This document shows, in pieces, positions 55,453 through 64,000 of a stretch of DNA of 64,000 nucleotides; within the stretch, counting starts at the first letter, position 1; each line of letters begins with the position of its first letter. The notes beneath the pieces were generated by a model that saw only the letters and a list, made by a program, of their open reading frames with translations, ran no database searches and had not been told where the DNA came from. Made by a program: the position numbers and the translations under genes. Source of the DNA: Eledone cirrhosa (taxonomy: Eukaryota); assembly GCA_964016885.1 (NCBI GenBank), contig OZ024761.1:17174001-17238000 (forward strand), given 5' to 3'.

Positions 55453-55453
<1 letters not shown>
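53388..55453 (+). mobile_element. 5'-truncated RTE-clade LINE with open RT frame and intact 3' UTR/(GAT)n tail, between two long (TA)n tracts
   Basis: Uninterrupted ORF to 55059 followed by a 3' UTR shared with local SINEs. Confidence 0.93.
53401..55059 (+). CDS. Non-LTR reverse transcriptase (RTE clade), endonuclease domain missing, internal PHD-like Cys finger
   Basis: [58 protein letters not shown] motifs. Confidence 0.92.
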   Translation: MLVEGSIISKAIKDMKTGKAAGPSEIVAEMLKASGTVGHTMVTRIVNQVVQNGVVPKDWHSSIIVNCYKGKGDALDRSNYRGIKLIDQVMKVTERVIAQLIRERIDLDEMQFGFVSGKSTTDALFIVRQLQEKYLAKGKPLYLAFVDLEKAFDRVPRSIIWWALRKLGVDEWLVRAIQAMYKETVSKVRINNEYSEEFSVKVGVHQGSVLSPLLFIIALQAITEEFKTGCPWELLYADDLTLIAESMAELEKKFQTWKHGLESKGLKINLAKTKVLVCRKENKAAVPSGKWSCSVCRKGVGRNSILCPKCKVWVHKRCSGITGLTKNIDFTCGRCSGAISSSKCPQTTSSFNCAEGSIEIVDSFRYLGDKISSGGGCSESTVARVRTGWKKFRELIPLLAAKGFSLKMKGRLYDACIRTAMLHGSETWALCAEDIRRLERNEACMLRWMCNSNIRERQSINELRNKLEIRGIRCCLLERRLRWYGHVMRMKVDSCITKCRAIKIDGSHGIGRPRKTWDELINSDITHLHLSKTMSLDRDLWRYSVTEKTRLT

Positions 55454-56695
<1,242 letters not shown>

Positions 56696-56753
56696 TCTCT
56701 CTTTCATCAAAGAGTGAACTTAATAACACTAATTGGTTTTCTATCTGTGTTTG

Positions 56754-56794
<41 letters not shown>

Positions 56795-56829
56795 CATATA
56801 TGTATATACACACATACTATATATATATA

Positions 56830-56864
<35 letters not shown>

Positions 56865-57483
56865 GAATACACACACACACACTCACTATTCCTTTCCTAT
56901 TTTTCCCCTTCTTCCTCTCTTCTCATCTTTTTCCGCCCTGTTCTTGCTCCCTTCTTTCTCTCTCTTTTATTTTTCTCTCTCCCCTTTTTTTTCTCTCTTT
57001 CTCTCTCCTTTTCTACCTGGCCTTTTGATTAATAAAAGGCGTCGGGCTCACCCGAACTACACCGATGTCCTGTAATTCAGCACTGAAACATTGGTTCGGG
57101 ATACATTTACAGCTGCTGATGGAAACTCCTTTCTTGCTTTCTCCTCCTGTTCCGTCCTAACCACCATCCTAAACCCTGTTTTTAGTAACCACACAGCTCC
57201 TTTCGTTTCATAACTTTTTGTATATACCATCTCTCTAGTGGGTCCGGGTATGCTTTTTACATTCATTTGATTTATTGATTTATTGATAATTTATCTGAGT
57301 GTCCCGAATCTTCCATATCGCAATTTTTCGGTTGTTTGGTTGATTGTAGACATATTCTACGTGTGACGGTATTTTAATGATAGTTGTAGCTCTGATTTAT
57401 TTGAATTATGGAGCCCTCTGCCGCTCATCTCGAATTTTGTTTATCGTGAACTCGTGCGCCGATTTTTCGATACTCGATTATTC

Positions 57484-57523
<40 letters not shown>

Positions 57524-57743
57524 TCATCATCATCATTTTACGTCCGCTCTTCCCTGCTTGCAAGGGTGGAACGGGTCCTATTCAGCACAGCATCTCTCCA
57601 CTTGTCACGGTCCTTCGTCATCTCCACCGTGAGTTTCAGCGATCTGAGGTCTGCTCTCACCACCTCCGCCCATGTTTTTCAATGTATCAATGCCAAAACG
57701 CTTATCAGCACAGCAACAAATAGATAGGAACAACAACAAAATA

Positions 57744-57783
<40 letters not shown>

Positions 57784-58114
57784 TGTTTTTTTCATTTCAT
57801 GTCTGCTTTTTCCCTGCTTGCAAGGGTGGGACAGGAACTGATTCTGGCTTGATTTCTACAGCTGGATGCCCTTCCTAACACCAACCTCATTTACAGTGAG
57901 TGCTGGGTGCTTTTTTGCCGTGGCACCTCCACGACCACTTTGCAGTGGAATGATAGGGACCCCAGTCCCTATCATCTCATTTCTACAGCTGAGTAAACTG
58001 GAGCAATGTGAAATAAAGTGTCTTGCTCAAGGAAACAACACATCACCCAGTCTGAGAATTGAACTCACAACCTTTCGATTGCAAGGCCAATGCTCTAACC
58101 ACTAAGCCATGTGC

Positions 58115-59590
<1,476 letters not shown>

Positions 59591-59910
59591 TATATATATA
59601 TATATAATTCTCAGACCGGGTGATGTGTTGTTTCCTTGAGCAAGACACTTTATTTCACATTGCTCCAGTTTACTCAGTTGCAAAGTGGTCGTGGAGGTGC
59701 CATGGCAAAAAAGCACCCAGCACTCACTGTAACTGAGGTTGGTGTTAGGAAGGGCATCCAGCTGTAGAAATCAAGCCAGAATCAGTTCCCGTCCCACCCT
59801 TGCAAGCAGGGAAAAGCGGACGTAAAATGAAATGATGATGAAATGATGATGATATATATAGATAGATATAAATAAATATACACGGGTGTGTATGATTGTG
59901 TATAGAAGAT

Positions 59911-60301
59911 TATATTAATAAAAGGAATTCCATCTTTGTCTGATTTACTCGTTTTATTTACAATCCTTTAAAATTTATAATGGTATTAGAATGAAATAGT
60001 ATGGTAGAATATTAAATGGTAAGTGTTAATTGAACAAGTACTTTCATGCTTTCGCAATCTTCAGGTTCATATTCTGTGGTGACAGTCAAGTTTGAAATTT
60101 TCACAGTTGAAAATTGCAAAGTTGAAAATTGCAAACTTGACTGTCACCACAGAATATGAACCTGAAGATTGCGAAAGCATGAAAGTACTTGTTCAATTAA
60201 CACTTAACATTTAATATTCTACCATACTATTTCATTCTAATACCATTATAAATTTTAAAGGATTGTAAATAAAACGAGTAAATCAGACTAAATTCCTTTT
60301 A

Positions 60302-60309
<8 letters not shown>
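59911..60309. repeat. ~400-bp fold-back (arms ~190 bp) carrying a hammerhead motif on each strand
   Basis: 59911-60103 is the reverse complement of 60123-60309 with few differences. Confidence 0.9.
60157..60195 (+). ncRNA. Minimal type I hammerhead ribozyme motif (mirror copy on minus at 60031-60069)
   Basis: TGAAC-CTGAAGA-TTGCGAAAGCAT-GAAA-GTAC-TT-GTTCA: 5-bp stem I, GNRA-capped stem II, palindromic GTAC stem III. Confidence 0.78.
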
Positions 60310-60346
<37 letters not shown>

Positions 60347-60467
60347 ATATTAAATAAATGGAAACTATATTTATAAAACCATTTATCCCTGGAAAGTTAT
60401 CCAGGGATAAGTTGAACCATTGAGGTATATTATCCTTGGTTATGTCAAATATTTATAAAACATTTTG

Positions 60468-60528
60468 TATTTTATCTGATGATAGCGTACCAAAATTTTG
60501 GTATCCTTGAAATGTATATAATAGAGTA
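60468..60528 (+). ncRNA. Type I hammerhead ribozyme motif, same architecture as 1141-1212
   Basis: TATTTTAT-CTGATGA-TAGCGTACCAAAATTTTGGTATCCTT-GAAA-TGTATA-TA-ATAGAGTA; lies within inverted repeat 60335-60385 / 60527-60580. Confidence 0.68.
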
Positions 60529-60822
60529 AATATGGTTTTATAAATATAGTTTCCATTTATTTAATATCATTGTATATATATATATATATATGGAGGCGCG
60601 TGGCTGAGTGGTTAGAGAATTGGATTCACAATCGTGAGGTCGTGAGTTCGACTCCTGAACCAGGCGATGCGTTATGTCCTTGAGCAAGACACTTTATTTC
60701 ACGTTGCTCCTTCTACCTGGAGTTGCGACCGATAGATAGTATTAGCAATTGGAAAGACCAACGGAAACATTGTTTCCTCGGTCCGATTTGACGAAAGTCG
60801 ATCGACTGTAAAAAAATATATA

Positions 60823-61192
60823 TAGTCTAACCCCAGCATTCGAGGTCCCAGTTATTTGCGGAATTTTCCTTAGAACCTAATTAATAATTGTTTGTGGAAA
60901 CCACCGCATATTCGCAGAATCATAAATATCTTCTGCAACTCTTTAAAGGGCCTTTTTCATGGCAATATATATATTTTTTGTAACACTCAATTATTAATTA
61001 TTAATAACAATATACTGTATTTACTGCCTATTGGACACCCTTTCACATAAGACGCTTCCTATTTTTTAATTATACTTTACATTATATTCTGACATTTTTA
61101 TGGACCACGATCAATATTCGCGGTTTTCACTCTTCGCGGCTGCTTTAGGAACACAACCCCTATGAATACGGGGGGGGGGGGGGTGTTACTGT
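60823..61192. mobile_element. Tigger/pogo-like MITE (diverged)
   Basis: Ends tagtctaaccccagcattcg / gaatacggg...gtgttactg|ta; internal tattcgcgg repeats. Confidence 0.55.
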
Positions 61193-61261
61193 ATATATAG
61201 ATACACATACACAAACACATTTTATAAACACAAACACACACATATATATATATATATATAT

Positions 61262-61388
61262 AGTTTTAATATAGATGAGATTCTACAGGACTAGAACTGT
61301 TTCATTCTTTAGAAATCATCAGGATTCCTGATGATTTCTAAAGAATGAAACAGTTCTAGTCCTGTAGTATCTCATCTATATTAAAACT
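61262..61388. ncRNA. 127-bp palindrome with back-to-back hammerhead motifs
   Basis: 63-bp arms, 1-nt centre, 1 mismatch; plus copy GATTC-CTGATGA-TTTCTAAAGAAT-GAAA-CAGTTCTAGTCCTG-TA-GTATC (61323-61371); a third decayed copy on minus at 61491-61565. Confidence 0.75.
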
Positions 61389-61454
61389 TTTATACTCTGC
61401 AATGTATTGAGTACCTTACTTACTGTGGTTACCTCCGACTCAACCCGGAATAAC

Positions 61455-61492
<38 letters not shown>

Positions 61493-61569
61493 CAGAGTAT
61501 AAAATGTTAATATAGAAGAGCTCCTACAGGACTAGAACTGTTTCATTCGTGAGAAAGCATCAGGTATAC

Positions 61570-62122
61570 ACAGGCGGGTGACTTAATTAACAGTGAAGAA
61601 GGGTTTAATAGCTAGAATAAATCTAGGATGGAAAAAGTTAAGAGAGCTACTCCCCCTGTTGACAACAAAAGATTTCTCCCTATGTACAAAAAGACGACTG
61701 CATGGTGACTGAATGCAAAGTGCGGTGCTGCATGACAGCGAAACATGGACAGTGACTGCAAAGGACATATGTAGACTGGAGAGAAATGAAGCAACCATGC
61801 TTCATTGGATGTGCAGTGTAAGTGTGAGAGAAAGGCAGAGCTTGGACGAATTGAGGGAGAAGCTGGATTTAAGAGGATTCTGAACTGGTATGCAGGAGAG
61901 AAGACTACATTGATATAGATATGTGATGTGTATGGATGATGATCACAGGATGAAGAATTGCCAGGAAATGCCAGTGTAAGGAAGCTGCAGTAGAGGTGGA
62001 CCATGGAAGACCTGGGCAGAGGTTGTGAAAGCTGATCTCTAAATTGCTGAGGCTCACAGAGGAGAGGACAAAGGAATGCGGCATGTGGAAAGATGCTGAA
62101 AAGGACCCATCCAACCCATGCA

Positions 62123-62125
<3 letters not shown>
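61570..62125 (+). pseudogene. Decayed RTE LINE 3' fragment
   Basis: ggatggaaaaagttaagagagctactccccctg... parallels 54560-55050 with stops. Confidence 0.8.
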
Positions 62126-62153
<28 letters not shown>

Positions 62154-62165
62154 TATGTATATATA

Positions 62166-63027
62166 TCATCATCATCATCATCATCACTGTTTTACGTCCG
62201 TTCTTCCACGCTAGCATGGGTTAGACGGGTTGTCCTGTTGTGGGCAGTGTCTGGTCGGCTGACCATGCCTTGCTCATACAGGAACTGATTTGGCTTGATT
62301 TCTACAGCTGGATGCCCTTCCTAACACCAACCTCATTTACAGTGAGTGCTGGGTGCTTTTTCGTGGCGCCTACACGTCCACTTTACAGTGTGGGCTGGGT
62401 GCTTTTTTGCCGCGGCACCTCCACGACCACCTTGCGGTGGGGGGTGTGGGGGCATATTGTCTATATGCTTCAGCTTGTACTCATGGGAGGTCGGGTACTC
62501 TGTATTACTGCGTGACGCCAGAGGTCACGGTCGTGTGTCATTGCCTTTGAGAGGTGTAATTGGGTAAGGTCGGCTTTTATCACCTCATCCCAGGTCATCT
62601 TGGGTCTCCCCACTCCGCGGTTTCCATCGACTTCTAGTGCTCTGCACCTTTTTATGCAGCTGTCATCCTTCATACGCATCACATGTCCATACCAACGCAA
62701 CCGCCTCTCCTGCACACAGCATTTGATTCCTCTTATGCTCAGTCTCTCTCTCAATTCATTTATGCTTTGTCGTTCGCGTATATTACTATTACACATCCAT
62801 CGGAGCATGCAGGCTTCGTTTCTCTCTAATCTATGTAAGTCTTCCACCTTCAGTGCCCAGGTCTCACTACCATGCAACATCGCTGTTCGGATACACGCAT
62901 CATACAGTCTGCCTTTCATTTTGAGGGAGAAGCCTTTTGCAGCTAGCAGTGGCAGTAGTTCCCTGAACTTCTTCCATCCCGTTCTTACCTTAGTTATTGT
63001 ACTTTCTGAACACCCACCTCCGCTGCT
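62166..63027 (-). mobile_element. RTE LINE 3' fragment with 3' UTR
   Basis: [45 protein letters not shown]..., close paralog of the 53401-55059 C-terminus. Confidence 0.92.
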
Positions 63028-63054
63028 ATATATATATATATATGTATATATATG

Positions 63055-63249
<195 letters not shown>

Positions 63250-63774
63250 ATATATATATATATATGTGTGTATATATATATATAATATATATATTATATA
63301 TACACTCATAATATATAGATACACCCACTCAAAATGGGCTTCTGGATTTTCTATCTACCAAACCCCTCTCACAAGGCTTCAGGTAAATCTGAGGCCTTAT
63401 ATAGCAGAAGTACCACACAGTGGGATTGAACTAGAAACCACGCAGTTGCTAAACAAACTCTTTACCCACCCAGCCATGACAGCGTCTTGCCTAGAACAAC
63501 TTCTGTATACAGTAATAATCTATATTTAGCAGAGATTATAAGATACAGGTAGCTTTATACAATATAGGTAGGTCTATAAATAGTCATCGAAAGATGATCA
63601 GTGTATTTATTCCATTTAAGATTTTATAAGTAGACATTAATACAGCCTGCCAACCACGACCCTCACCTATTAATAAAATAAAAGAAATTGAACTACTAGA
63701 CGACATGGTATTTTTAATATTGAAGATATCTTATTTCATTCTACCTCTGGTGGATTTTAGGATTTTAATGTGTG

Positions 63775-63805
<31 letters not shown>

Positions 63806-63899
63806 TGAGATGAGAGGAGAAAGAGAAGTAGAGAGAGATAGATAGATAGATAGATACATACATACATAAAGAGACAGACAGACACACAGTCAGATAGAT

Positions 63900-64000
63900 A
63901 GATTTCTTTATTTGCCACAAGGGCGCACAAGAAAAGAGGACAATACAAAGACATGCCGGGGATTTTACATACAGTCGTGTAAAGAATATAAAACAAACAA
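63900..64000 (-). mobile_element. Tx1/L1-like 3' UTR end next to (GATA)n
   Basis: Matches 44825-44935 and 45490-45575. Confidence 0.65.

Noticed and set aside
57297-57486. CpG-richer segment as a promoter
   Set aside because: Begins with a gtgtccc TIR-like end next to (TA)n; more likely a Tc1/mariner fragment, and no promoter evidence from sequence alone

Overview
Eukaryotic (animal) genomic DNA, AT-rich and saturated with microsatellites. The repeat repertoire (CORE- and Meta-type tRNA SINEs, RTE LINEs, (TA)n/(CA)n seas) suggests an octopod cephalopod; this is an inference. Two convergent spliced genes are supported. (1) WDR76/CMR1 on +: 10 coding exons with consistent phases at 2424-12757; the 5' exons lie outside the window or were not found. 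(2) A DGCR2/IDD-like membrane protein on -: VWC exon, TM exon and a 3.76-kb terminal exon encoding a ~1250-aa cytoplasmic tail. The rest is transposon debris: a 5'-truncated but open RTE LINE, CR1-like and Tx1-like ends, SINEs, piggyBac/hAT/pogo MITEs and tandem repeats. The most notable unexplained structure is a recurring class of short fold-back (inverted-repeat) elements, most sitting next to (TA)n tracts. Several carry minimal type I hammerhead-ribozyme motifs (CUGANGA...GAAA...NUH), some on both strands, resembling Penelope-like pLTR/retrozyme remnants. There is also a degenerate HDV-like ribozyme candidate at the head of a duplicated non-coding element. Most ORFs in the supplied track are microsatellite artefacts.
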